DNA of 64,000 nucleotides. Origin: Balamuthia mandrillaris. Lineage: Eukaryota. The stretch covers positions 62,001 to 126,000 of the forward strand of contig JAVKOQ020000020.1 of assembly GCA_031835245.2 (NCBI GenBank). Reading direction: 5' to 3'. The position numbers were made by a program, and so were the translations under genes. Below the pieces are notes generated by a model. It made no database searches and had not been told where the DNA came from. It saw only the letters and a program-made list of their open reading frames with translations. This document shows positions 1-10,139 of the stretch, piece by piece. Every line of letters begins with the position of its first letter. The stretch's first letter is position 1.

Positions 1-2
1 AC

Positions 3-713
3 CCTTCTTCTGAAACCGTTTGTTCGTCTGATAGCGAAGAACCAGCAGGACAAGGAAGAGGAAGAGCAAGTGGTGGAGTGAGTGATGAAGAGAAGGTCAT
101 CATGGGCAACGCACTCTACGACTTCGAAGCAGCCAACGAGAACGAGCTCTCACTGCACGAAGGTGACCAGGTAAAGATTCTGATGCGCATCACTCCTGAG
201 TGGTGCTTCGCAGAGGCCAACGGCATGACGGGCATGGTCCCCATCAACTACGTCGGCTTCAGAAGAGCACAACAAGGAGAGTACGTAGTTGCCGTGTTCG
301 ACTTTGAAGGTCAGAGCGAGCACGAGCTGAGCTTCTACAAAGGACAGTTCATCCTTCTTACTGAATGCGAAGAAGGAAGCGATTGGTGGAGAGGCAGAAC
401 GGATGAGGGAAGAGAGGGGCTCTTCCCTTGCACATTCGTGCAAGTCTTGACCACCGAGGGAGAGCAGCAAAGACAAGCTCTGCAACAGCAACAGCAGCAG
501 CAAATAACCACGTCGTTCTTGGGGGAGTTGACCTACAAGGTCAAGGGATTGTATGACTTTGTGCCGCAGGTTGAAGGCGAGCTAAGCTTTCATGCTGGTG
601 AGATCATTACTCTTCTTGACTATCGTGAGGGAGAGGAATGGTGGAAGGGAAGGGTTGGCAATAGAGTGGGCCTCTTTCCTGCCAACTACGTTGAGGTATT
701 ACTGATGGATTAA
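3..713 (+). CDS. Triple SH3-domain adaptor protein, 3' part (5' end outside window)
   Basis: Three SH3 signatures: ALYDFEAANENELSL..W..GMVPINYV; AVFDFEGQSEHELSF..DWW.G..GLFPCTFV; GLYDFVPQVEGELSF..EWWKG..GLFPANYV. The frame is open from base 3. Confidence 0.9.
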   Translation, partial: PSSETVCSSDSEEPAGQGRGRASGGVSDEEKVIMGNALYDFEAANENELSLHEGDQVKILMRITPEWCFAEANGMTGMVPINYVGFRRAQQGEYVVAVFDFEGQSEHELSFYKGQFILLTECEEGSDWWRGRTDEGREGLFPCTFVQVLTTEGEQQRQALQQQQQQQITTSFLGELTYKVKGLYDFVPQVEGELSFHAGEIITLLDYREGEEWWKGRVGNRVGLFPANYVEVLLMD

Positions 714-897
714 AAGCCACCCAAGTGAGGTTCTACTGTAGCATACACAAGCCTACGAAAAATAAAATAAAATAACAAAAGGTTAGGGTTTCATTTGTAA
801 GACTGTAGTCCTTAGATTAGGGTTTTACCAATATATCTCGCCCCCTGCGAAAAACGGCGATGATAGAACGAAGAAGAAAGAAGGCTTCTTTCCAATC

Positions 898-2163
898 ATG
901 CTTCGCAAGATAACCGGTGGCTCCAAGGTGCTCCAACCCAACCGTAAAAAGAAGGGTGTCAATAAAAAGGAGAAGAAGAAGCAGAAGAAGCAGAAGGAAA
1001 TCAGGACAACATCCATTCAACAAGAGGGCAACAAAAAAAAGCAACACCGGAGTAAGAGAAGAAAACCATGCCCGGAACGACCTGGCTGGTGGACCGTCAC
1101 ATCCCACAAGAAGTATTTTGCAACGAAGGGACAAGTCGGTGCGGTGGTCACTTATCGAGGAGTCCAACTACCAAACTCGTTCGAAACTCTTGAAAGTAAT
1201 GCTGTTCTTTCTTCTGCCTCGCTTTCTTGTCCTTTGTTTTCTCACCTGTTTTTTTGTTTTAACACAGTTCAAATAACAAACACGACCAACAAAGACCTTA
1301 CCGCGTTGAGCTACAAACTGGTGGCATTGCCCTCTCGCAAAAAGAAAGTCTCGCAACGAGTACGCATCTTGGAGTACCCATTGTCCGACATGCAACCTCT
1401 TCCCTCTTCTTCTTCCTCTTCTGCATACCGCCACGTAACAAAAGAAATGTATCGCATGCCTCAAACGTTGGAACCATCCTCAAAAGTCAGCAAAAGGTAT
1501 GAAATTGTGGTGGAGGTGGCAGCAATGGAACGAGGCGGTGCCAGTGGAAGTGCAGAGATTTGTTTGAAGGCGGTTCTGCCAATAAGGGTTGTTGTTTCAG
1601 AGGAAGAACGACACATCATTGAACGAGAAGAACGCCAAGCGAGAAAAGAAGAAAGAGGAAGAGAGGGGAGGGGAGGAAAAGGAACGCAGAAGAAGAAAGA
1701 AGAAACGATAGTGACAACGAATGTACAGAAGAAAAGAGTGGAACGAACTGGTAAAACAGAACACAAAGAGGACGATGGTATGGTGGAGAAAAAGAAGGTA
1801 AGGAAGAAAGCTGAAGGAAAAGAAAGTGACGAAAGTGAGGACAGTGATGAAAGCGATGAAAGCGAAGAAAGCGAAGAAGAGGACGAAGATGATAGTGAAG
1901 AAGAGAGTGAGGAAGAAAGTGAAGAAGAGAGTGAGGAAGAAACTGAAGAGGACGATGGCAGTGAAGACAGTGAAGAGGAGGACAGCAGTGAAGAGGACTC
2001 TGAGGAGGACAGCAGTGAAGAAGATTCTGAGGAGGAGGAAAGCGAAGAAGAGCTTGAAGAGGACTCAGAGGAAGACACGACTGACGAAGAAGAGTCAGAG
2101 GAAGAAGACGATGAAGATGACGACGACGATGACGACGATGAAGATGAAGATGAAGAACGATAA
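898..2163 (+). CDS. Arrestin C-terminal-like domain protein with basic N-terminus and long Asp/Glu tail
   Basis: An in-frame intron 1196-1267 (GTAAT..ACAG) gives EIQITNTTNKDLTALSYKLV...YRMPQTLEPS...RYEIVVEV...LPIRV, which resembles an arrestin_C beta-sandwich. Acidic tail at about 1820-2160. Confidence 0.5.
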   Translation: MLRKITGGSKVLQPNRKKKGVNKKEKKKQKKQKEIRTTSIQQEGNKKKQHRSKRRKPCPERPGWWTVTSHKKYFATKGQVGAVVTYRGVQLPNSFETLESNAVLSSASLSCPLFSHLFFCFNTVQITNTTNKDLTALSYKLVALPSRKKKVSQRVRILEYPLSDMQPLPSSSSSSAYRHVTKEMYRMPQTLEPSSKVSKRYEIVVEVAAMERGGASGSAEICLKAVLPIRVVVSEEERHIIEREERQARKEERGREGRGGKGTQKKKEETIVTTNVQKKRVERTGKTEHKEDDGMVEKKKVRKKAEGKESDESEDSDESDESEESEEEDEDDSEEESEEESEEESEEETEEDDGSEDSEEEDSSEEDSEEDSSEEDSEEEESEEELEEDSEEDTTDEEESEEEDDEDDDDDDDDEDEDEER

Positions 2164-2210
2164 ACGTCAAATTATCTGTTACACTTGAAATCGTAGTTTT
2201 GTTCGTTGTA

Positions 2211-3115
2211 TCAACTGGATAAGTGTTGTGCATAAAAGGCTGCAAGCTCTTCATTTTGAAACTTTTTGGCATTGTCCACTGGTGTCTCACCCTATCCACA
2301 AAGCTGTCAGTAAGGAGGAGAGAGAAAGAGAAGGAGAGGAAGGGAAGAGATACGTGATCATTCTTGTGGGTAGCATCAGCTCCATGCTCAAGCAACAATT
2401 GTACGACGTCCTTTCTGCCATTTGTGTAACTAGCCCAATGCAATGGGTGTGACTTCTGTTCGTGTGTTTGGGAGGGTAGGTAGAGGTAAGAGCAGAGTGA
2501 AAGGGAGAGCAGAGGAAGAGGCAAAGATAGAGAACATACAAATTTATCTTCTGCACGTACGTCAGCTCCTTTGGAGAGCAGAACGCGGATCATGTGAAGG
2601 TTATTCTCATAACATGCCCGGTGTAGTGGAGTCAACCCATTCTTGTCCCTTTGGTCTAGGCGAGCACCTTTGTCTAATAACAACTGCAAAACTCGGACGT
2701 GCTCCTCTTTCTTCCCTCGACAACATCTATGAACGGCTGTTTCCCCCTCCTCCACATCCCAAACAAGTCAGAGAGCGACAGAGACAGAGACAGAGACAGA
2801 GACAGAGCCTAATTGTTACCTGTCTACTTGGAACATTAATCAGCGAAGCATCTTGTTCCAGAAGCCACTCAACGACTTGGTAGTGCGCTCTAAAGCTAGC
2901 ATGATGGAGCGCCGTTTCTCCCTGGCGTTTTACGTTTCTTTTGTGTCAGAAGCCAACAGGTGGCAGCGATGAAGAGGAAAGGAAAATAAACTACGAACGT
3001 AGCCATCGACGATGGACACCGACAGCCCGCGATCCGCCTCCCCGTTGTGCTTCTCCTGAAAACGCAGCAGCGCGCTCAGGTCCCCTTTTCGCGCGGCAGC
3101 AAAGAAGGCGAGCAT
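2211..3115 (-). CDS. Ankyrin-repeat protein (about 5 exons)
   Basis: Exons encode FFAAARKGDL, ETALHHASFRAHYQVVEWLL, GETAVHRCC, GLTPLHRACYENNLHMIRVLLSKGAD, PLHWASY..DVVQLLLEHGAD and GETPVDNAK; stop at 2211-2213. Some splice sites are uncertain. Confidence 0.85.
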
Positions 3116-4426
3116 CTCCCCCTCCAACTCCTCCCCTCTTTCGTCACACCGGTGAGGGGTGGGTGTGGTGCTGCTGCGGACATCATGGCCACAAAGACAA
3201 GGGCTTTTGCCTTGGCTTCCTCCCTTCATTTTTTTCGTTCTTTGCTGGATTTTTTTTTACTCAAAATTTTCTTGTAATTTTTTTGCTCCAAATGAATTTA
3301 AATGGGTGTAGTTTTTTTGTTTTTTTTTGTTTTTTTATTTTATTTTTTTGTTTTTCATTTTTTGTTCTTACTTTTCATTTTTCAATTTTTTTGCTCATTT
3401 TTTTTTTCGTTTTGTTTCGTAACGTTTTGTTTTGGAAAAGATAAATGTACTATTGAGAGCAGTACACGCGTTTAATAAAGGGGAATTGAAAAGGCAAAAA
3501 CCAGCATGGCGCAGCGAGGATACGGGAGACCCTTCAACCTCCATTTCTTCGCATGTCTTTTTTGCAGCGGTGGAAACTTGGAAACATCAATAAAGACTCG
3601 CCCAACAACAAACAAAAACAACAAAACCCCAGACGTCACAGGAGAAAAAAAAAAAGAAATGACCATAAAAAAACCAACGTTGAAACCCTTCAGGTGCAGT
3701 ACGCAATGGAAAAACCAAGACCGCACCGCAGCCTAAAACCGTGATTGCAGCAAGAATGTTCGGCGATAGGCCAACACAAAGAAAATGAAAAGAACAGAGG
3801 GAGGACACCGCCCTATCGCGATCTGCGCTCCGTTCAGATTTTGAGCTTATTAAATTCCTAGAATGACCGCTTGAAAATGTTTTGCCGTTTATTGGTCAAA
3901 AAGAACGATCTTCTGAAAAAACGTGGAAAACACGCAGAAAGAACCGGTTTTAAACTTCCCATAAATAGATAGAAGATTCGGAAAATTTGGTTAAGTTTCA
4001 CATTCTCCCTTTATGGAAAGCCACAAACAGTTGAAGTAGGACAACGCGCAGATGAGACCGATGGGTAATTTCCTTTTAAGGAGGTTTTTTCAGCACCCAT
4101 CTTGGCCACGCAAGATTTTGAGGAAGACTTGACCAGGAATCACAGTGCTCTTCCTCGTCAGCAGTAATGCTGTAACCTCAACCAAAAGGTAAGGCTTTTT
4201 GTTTTTCAATTTCCATGAAGCAAAAGAAACAAAAACAAAACACCATTACTAAAAATTTTATTTGACGAGATTTTTCGCCCCTCTTTTTTTTTTCTTTGTT
4301 TTGGTTTCTGTACTCTCGCCTGACTCTTTATTTTTTCTTTTTTGAGTGGTTCAACACAAAAGACCTCTCCTTCCATCACTTTTAAACAAATAGAAACACA
4401 CACCCACACAAACACACACCAAAAAC

Positions 4427-5614
4427 ATGGACCCTCGGTGGACACCTTCATCCTTCTATGACACCCCATCTCTGCCTCCAGAGACCTATGATGAGTTACC
4501 CCCTCCTATGAGCGAGTCTCTTCTGCCATTTCTCTCTGCCTTACAACAGGCAGACACAACCACAGAGCTCTACCTGGCTCCCCCACAGCTCCCAACCGTT
4601 CCAGCACCCTCTTACTTTGGGGTGAACAACTGCCTTCCATCCACTCCAAACACCCTCCACCACAACCACAAAGAAGCTGTACCACAACCCACCCACAAAG
4701 ACGACGGCCGTCAGCACTCAGAGCAATTCCCCTTTTTGTGCGAAGAAGGGTGCCACTGCTCCTCCCTGCTGGTGCCTTCCCTGCTGCCCGCCCAGGCACG
4801 AGTGCAGGGCGGCCCCTTCTTGTGTCCGCCAACGCAGACCCCAACAACCCCAACCATCACGAGGTCCACCTTGGAGCTCTACCCACGGGGAGACAAAAGG
4901 CCTTCTGTCCCTTCTTTCTCGACCTCGGTGCCCAGCAGCCCCGTCAAGACCAACAGAACCTTCACCACCTACACACCTCCTGTGCATAGCACAGTTCGCC
5001 GTTCGAGCCTTCCTCCACGACCCAGGCGTTTGTTCAACTCTCCTGAGCTAGACGAGCGAGCACGGAATTCTCTTCATGTTGTACCTTCCTTCCCCCTTGG
5101 GCCTTCTCCTCCCTCTCAGGTCACCGCATTTCCTCTTTCCCCCTATTCTACCTCCTCTCTTGCTTCTCCTTCCCCTCATTCCGACGTTGGCGAAGCCTAC
5201 GAAGAGGAGGAACAACAAGGAGACCAAGGACATGAACACGAGGAGGACGACGGTCCTGTCGTTCCTCAGCATAGGCACAGTCATCCCAAAGAAGGGCCTC
5301 AACAACCACAAAACCGTGTACAGTGGACTTTTGTTCAGTACCAAGCAGATAGCTTTCGTCCTGGAGGTCCTGGCCCTGAACAGCCCAGCTTGAGGAAGAT
5401 GCGCCGCCTGTTGATGGACAACTACGTGAGGCGCTGCGGCCTGTACAATGACGACGACAGCAACAAAGAGAACGTCAACCACGATGACGACAATGTAGCT
5501 GGCGAGCCGGAGCCCGAGGCCTTCAACACTGCTGGCAGGTGTCGTCGGCAAAAGTACGGCACCTCAGCTCGAGGAAGTGCTCCAAGGCCATTCGGCAAAA
5601 GGAAACGTGAATGA
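4427..5614 (+). CDS. Pro/Ser-rich hypothetical protein (single coding exon)
   Basis: 395-aa ATG-initiated ORF that is GC-rich relative to its flanks. Probable 5'UTR intron from GTAAGG at 4189. No domain recognised. Confidence 0.6.
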   Translation: MDPRWTPSSFYDTPSLPPETYDELPPPMSESLLPFLSALQQADTTTELYLAPPQLPTVPAPSYFGVNNCLPSTPNTLHHNHKEAVPQPTHKDDGRQHSEQFPFLCEEGCHCSSLLVPSLLPAQARVQGGPFLCPPTQTPTTPTITRSTLELYPRGDKRPSVPSFSTSVPSSPVKTNRTFTTYTPPVHSTVRRSSLPPRPRRLFNSPELDERARNSLHVVPSFPLGPSPPSQVTAFPLSPYSTSSLASPSPHSDVGEAYEEEEQQGDQGHEHEEDDGPVVPQHRHSHPKEGPQQPQNRVQWTFVQYQADSFRPGGPGPEQPSLRKMRRLLMDNYVRRCGLYNDDDSNKENVNHDDDNVAGEPEPEAFNTAGRCRRQKYGTSARGSAPRPFGKRKRE

Positions 5615-6029
5615 AACTTTTTGTATGTAACAAATTAAAAAACGTTTTTTTTATTCCTTGTATATGATGCATGGTTCCTTTTCTTTTTCGTTTGGGGTCA
5701 AAGCACCCCTTGTTGAAAGACGACGACGTATCAGATGGTATCTCCGTGAAGAAGACTTGAGACCGTCCACAAACAAAATAGTTCAGCAAGAAGAAGAAGA
5801 ACAAGGCCTTTTCAAGTAAACTATGCGTTACATATTAATTAACATCTCATAGGTACATACACCATAGTAGGGTGAAGAATATTTTTGCTGTCCGATCTTT
5901 TCTCTTCTCCATTCTCTTATCTCTTATCTCTTCTCCTTTGTCTCTCTTTTCTCTTCTCTTCTCTCTTCTCTCTCTTCTCTTCTCTCTATTCTCTTCTCTC
6001 TCCCTCCCTCTCTCTGCTCGTCTCTGCTT

Positions 6030-6693
6030 CTACGACCACCACTTTGCAAAATGTTCAAAGTTGATCCTGAGTTGGTCTTTGACGCCGGCCGCGTCCATCA
6101 TCTCCTTGAGCTTCTCCTCCGACCACTTCTCGCTGTTGCCAGAGAGCAGCTCCAGGGTTTGAATGAGGTCCACCACGGTGAGGTGCCTTTTGTTGTCCCG
6201 GTCTATCATTTGAAAGACGCGACGGAGGTCCTGCTCGGTGATAGGGGTGTCCATGATGGCTTGGAAGGCGGACCAGTCCAACGAGAGTTGGTCGTGTTCT
6301 TTTTCTTTTTGTTTTCGAGACGAAGAAGAAGACTTGGCTGACGCAGCGGAGGAGGAACCGGAAGAAGGCGAAGACAGCTCGCGCGCAACGCTTATCATTT
6401 GCTCCAGTTCTTGTTTTCTGGTCTTTTTGCCTTTTCGATAGGAGGAAGAAAAAAAAAACGATCGGTCATACAGGCAAGAAAAAAAAAACTACAAAATAAA
6501 AAATAAAATAAAAAATACAAGTTAACAACGTACGCATCACACGAAACGCGCTCTCCAGTTCTTGAAGAGAAATGAGGCCATCCCCATCGCTATCCAACAA
6601 GGAAAAAGCGAGTTGTTGCTCCCTCTCGTCGATCCCTTCGCCTCTCGAAGAAGAGCTTCTTGCTTCGTCCGCCACTATGGCCCCTTCCGTCAT
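6030..6693 (-). CDS. EF-hand (calmodulin/centrin-like) protein, 2 exons
   Basis: AFSLLDSDGDGLISLQEL and VFQMIDRDNKRHLTVVDL loops plus a terminal INFEHFAKWW; intron donor GTACGT at 6533. Confidence 0.8.
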
Positions 6694-7109
6694 TCTTTTC
6701 TTTTTTTTTAACTCGAAAAAAATAATTGATAAAAAGTATAAGAATTATTGCTGTTGTTTGTTAAAAAAATTGTTAGTAACGAGTGTGCGCTTCTTTAGGC
6801 GAAGGAAAATAACTCAAAAACGTTGATGAAGAATGTTGTTTGGAAGCAACGTTCAACCGGAGCGATTGACGACGTCGTACTGGTTGCCAATAGATCGGAT
6901 GGGGCTCCTGTTGCGCTTGACCTCTCGCCAAACGTAGAGGCCAACAACCACTATGACGACGCACATTCCGATGGTGAAGATGACCCACACCGCCTTGGAA
7001 GGGCCGCTGGAGTTGCAACTGAGGGTCAGGCATTCACCATTGAGGCATGCTTGACAAGGCCCATCGCAATCGGCTACGGTCTGGCACAGCTTGCAATTGG
7101 GATCTATAA

Positions 7110-9640
7110 CAAGGGCTGAAAAACGAGTACTCTATTTTTGAGTACTCAGTGGTGACTCTGTCCACGTCAGCTGACTCGAGTGGATTCGAGTCGATGGGAT
7201 CAGAAGGTGACGTAGGTTTGATAACAATGATCTGGAAGCGGATTGGTCCATTCGATGCCCTAAAAAAGAGCCGTCGCTGCGAGGTTTCCAAGGGGTGAAA
7301 ATTCAAACGGCTACCAACGATTTACATTATTTTTTTTTTCAAGTCTCTCTTTTTCTCTTTGGGAGAGAGTAAACACTTGAATGGACATTCTAGAGAGAGA
7401 GGAGGCAACCAGCGAAAGTGAGAGCCACACGTTCTCGGTGGTTTGGGACCATTTCGTGAAGAAAGGTGATCACAAAACTGCCCAATGTTGCCACTGTGGT
7501 AAGGAAATACGGTACCATGGCCCTACAAGCAACTTATTGCGGCACCTGCAAGCCAAGCATCCCTGCAAGGTTCCTTCTGTTATCAATGACAACATCAAGA
7601 ACCTAATCACTCAACTGTTTATTGACAACCTTTTGCCCTTTTCCTTTGTGGAAAGTGCTTCCTTTAAGGCCCTTGTCTCTGCCACCTGCAACGGTGCCCT
7701 TCCTCCTTCGCGATATTTCTTGAAACAGGACCTAAACCGTCGGTATGCAGCAGCTGTGGCTCTTCTCAGTTTGCAGCTGATGCAATGTTTCTGGAAAACC
7801 TTGACTTTTGATCTCTGGACGTCCTCCAGCCAGGTGGCCTTTATCACCGTTACAGTTCATTGGATGGAAGCTCTTTCAGCTCGCCAACGTACCCATGTCC
7901 TTGGTGCCTATGAGTTTGGATATGCTGAGCATACAGCCAAAAACATCAACAACAGGGTCCGTGATATCTGTAAGGACTTCAACCTTCCTGTGGAATCCTC
8001 CTTTGTTGTGGCTGATGGCGCCTCTAATGTTGGTGCTGCATGCCGACTTCTTGGCTGCATTCACATTCACTGCGCAGCACACAAGCTGAACCTTGTTGTG
8101 CAAAAGGCGTTGGAAGAGGTTGAGGACCTGCGTTCTGCATGCCGTAAAATTGTTGGGCATTTTCGTCATAGCAGTAAGGCCACAGAACGGCTTAAGGAAC
8201 ACCAACGGCGCTTGAACCAACAGCCAGTTAAAAAACTATCAAATGAGGTTCCAACAAGGTATCCTCTTTTCTTTTTGTTTTCTTGTTCTTTATCTTTTTT
8301 TTGTTCGTTGTCTTTCTTACTCTTTCTCTCTCCTTCAACTCTCTCATCCTCTCTTTCTCTCCCTCTCATGTGCCGACTCTCTCTGTGTGCCCTGTTTTTC
8401 TCTTTCTCTCTCACTTCTTCCCTGCTCTCGTCGCTCTCTTGTCTCCTCTCTCTCTCTCTCTCTCTCTCTCTTGTGTACTCCCTTTCTCTTGTGCATGCTC
8501 TATTACGTCCTTTTTTAACTATTTCGTTAAAAAGATGGAATAGTTTTTATTATTCTGCAGAACGACTTCTTGAGCTTCGTCAGGCTACTGGCTATGCTTT
8601 GGTAGATAACAAAAGCAATCAGCTCCAACTATCACAGGATCAATGGACGCTCCTTGAGCAAGTTGTTGATGTTTTGGAGCCACTGGCAGTCTTAACCGCC
8701 CATCTCCAAGACCAGGACGTCCCAATTTCCTATGTAATCCCTGCATTCAACGCGATTCATCGACAACTCTCTCCCATCGCAGAGGATCCTCTACTATTGC
8801 GACAGTTCAAGTCGGTGTTGGCTTCAAACTTGAGCGATGCGATCAACTACTACAAGAGCATAGAGCCGTGTGCTTTGGCAACTGCAGTGGATCCTCGATT
8901 CAGACTGCGTGATTGGAGTTCCAACAACGCCATCAATGCAGTTTACAACACACTCTTAGAGGAGATGAAACAAGCAGATGTTCTACTTCAAGAAGGGAAG
9001 CGACGACAGCAAGAGGAAGAAGAAGAGGGAGAGGAAGAGGAAGAGAAAGAGGAAGAGGTAAAAGCAAAGGAAAATGAGGAGGAAGAGGAAGAGGAAGAGG
9101 AAGAAGAAGAGTCGTTCAAGACAAAGAAGAGAAGGCTCAGCGTAGAAAAAATGATGTTTGGTACAGAGCCTACAGCAACTGCCTCAAGCCCACGATCTGT
9201 CTCAGAGGAGTTGCACGCCTTCATGGTGCTCCCAGCAATCCCAGAAAAGAGGGATCCTCGAACATGGTGGCGTGAGCATTGTCATCTCTTCCCGCGCCTC
9301 TACCACGTTGCCCTCAAGTACCTGTCAATACCAGCGACATCTGCAGAGTCGGAGCGTATTTTTTCATTGACAGGAAACATATTGTCTCCTCATCGTTCTA
9401 CACTATCATCCCAAAGGTTGAACCAGCTTGTTTTTTTGAAGCATTACCAGCTTTAAAAAAATCATCTTCGTTGCGGCGCTCATCTTTTTCTTTCTATTTT
9501 ATTTTTGTTGTGTTTTCCCATAATAGGGCCAACTTTCTCTAAATTGTTGCTTATGTCAGCAGGTGACGTGGCCTTGAGTCAGATTCGAGTACTCGGCCCT
9601 TTTTTGGAGATCGAGACTCAAGTACTCGTTTTTCAGCCTG
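7110..9640 (+). mobile_element. hAT-superfamily DNA transposon, full length (2531 bp)
   Basis: Left end CAAGGGCTGAAAAACGAGTACT (from 7110) and right end AGTACTCGTTTTTCAGCCTG (9621-9640) share an 18-bp perfect inverted core. 8-bp TSD ATCTATAA at 7102-7109 and 9641-9648. Subterminal GAGTACTC palindromes. Encodes a transposase. Confidence 0.95.
7381..9456 (+). CDS. hAT transposase (BED zinc finger, DDE core, hAT dimerisation domain), 599 aa after splicing
   Basis: BED finger VWDHF..AQCCHC..TSNLLRHLQAKH; TFDLWT, VADGASNV, HCAAHKLNLVVQ; PTRWNS restored by removing intron 8259-8534; PATSAESERIFS. Confidence 0.95.
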   Translation: MDILEREEATSESESHTFSVVWDHFVKKGDHKTAQCCHCGKEIRYHGPTSNLLRHLQAKHPCKVPSVINDNIKNLITQLFIDNLLPFSFVESASFKALVSATCNGALPPSRYFLKQDLNRRYAAAVALLSLQLMQCFWKTLTFDLWTSSSQVAFITVTVHWMEALSARQRTHVLGAYEFGYAEHTAKNINNRVRDICKDFNLPVESSFVVADGASNVGAACRLLGCIHIHCAAHKLNLVVQKALEEVEDLRSACRKIVGHFRHSSKATERLKEHQRRLNQQPVKKLSNEVPTRYPLFFLFSCSLSFFCSLSFLLFLSPSTLSSSLSLPLMCRLSLCALFFSFSLTSSLLSSLSCLLSLSLSLSLVYSLSLVHALLRPFLTISLKRWNSFYYSAERLLELRQATGYALVDNKSNQLQLSQDQWTLLEQVVDVLEPLAVLTAHLQDQDVPISYVIPAFNAIHRQLSPIAEDPLLLRQFKSVLASNLSDAINYYKSIEPCALATAVDPRFRLRDWSSNNAINAVYNTLLEEMKQADVLLQEGKRRQQEEEEEGEEEEEKEEEVKAKENEEEEEEEEEEEESFKTKKRRLSVEKMMFGTEPTATASSPRSVSEELHAFMVLPAIPEKRDPRTWWREHCHLFPRLYHVALKYLSIPATSAESERIFSLTGNILSPHRSTLSSQRLNQLVFLKHYQL

Positions 9641-9754
9641 ATCTATAATGCAGGTTCCGGTCTGCTCGTCACAAGTGTGACATGGGTGAGTGCAATCCTT
9701 TGGAGTCGCACAGACCTTGCAAGCCTCATCCCGCTCGCACTTGCCGTCGTTGCA

Positions 9755-10139
9755 TAAGATCTGTATGGTCTTCTATTACCGGAGCATTGAGTTCTATTGC
9801 TGGTGGTGTGAAGACTGGTGTTAGTTATTGTGCATTTGGCACTTGGTCTGTTGTTGTTGCCGGTGCCGGTTACCTGGCTTCTTTCTTCTATGAGAGTGAA
9901 AAAATAAACTAAGTTTTTTACCTTTGCTTTTATTTGCGGTGTGGTTGCGAGGAGTGAGCGCAAGTTTTTTGCAAAGCAAAAGACGCGGCGAACGGGTGTG
10001 CGAAGCACACTAAGATCGTCCAGTATTCTGTACCGGGTCTGGATCACTTGCGGGAAGGACGTTCCATGGTTTAGACCCCCCTCCTGTGCACTGTTCGTAC
10101 CCGTTGTGAGGCCCCCCATACTAATAGTGGACGGCGATA
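9755..10139. mobile_element. 385-bp insertion flanked by a 5-bp direct repeat (TTGCA); possible solo LTR or non-autonomous element
   Basis: TTGCA at 9750-9754 and 10140-10144. Removal restores ...CDVC|NDGKC... in the Cys-rich host gene. The insert brings stop codons into the host frame. Confidence 0.7.

Noticed and set aside
781..826. Two TTAGGGTT telomere-like motifs
   Set aside because: Isolated copies rather than an array; at most telo-box-like promoter motifs.
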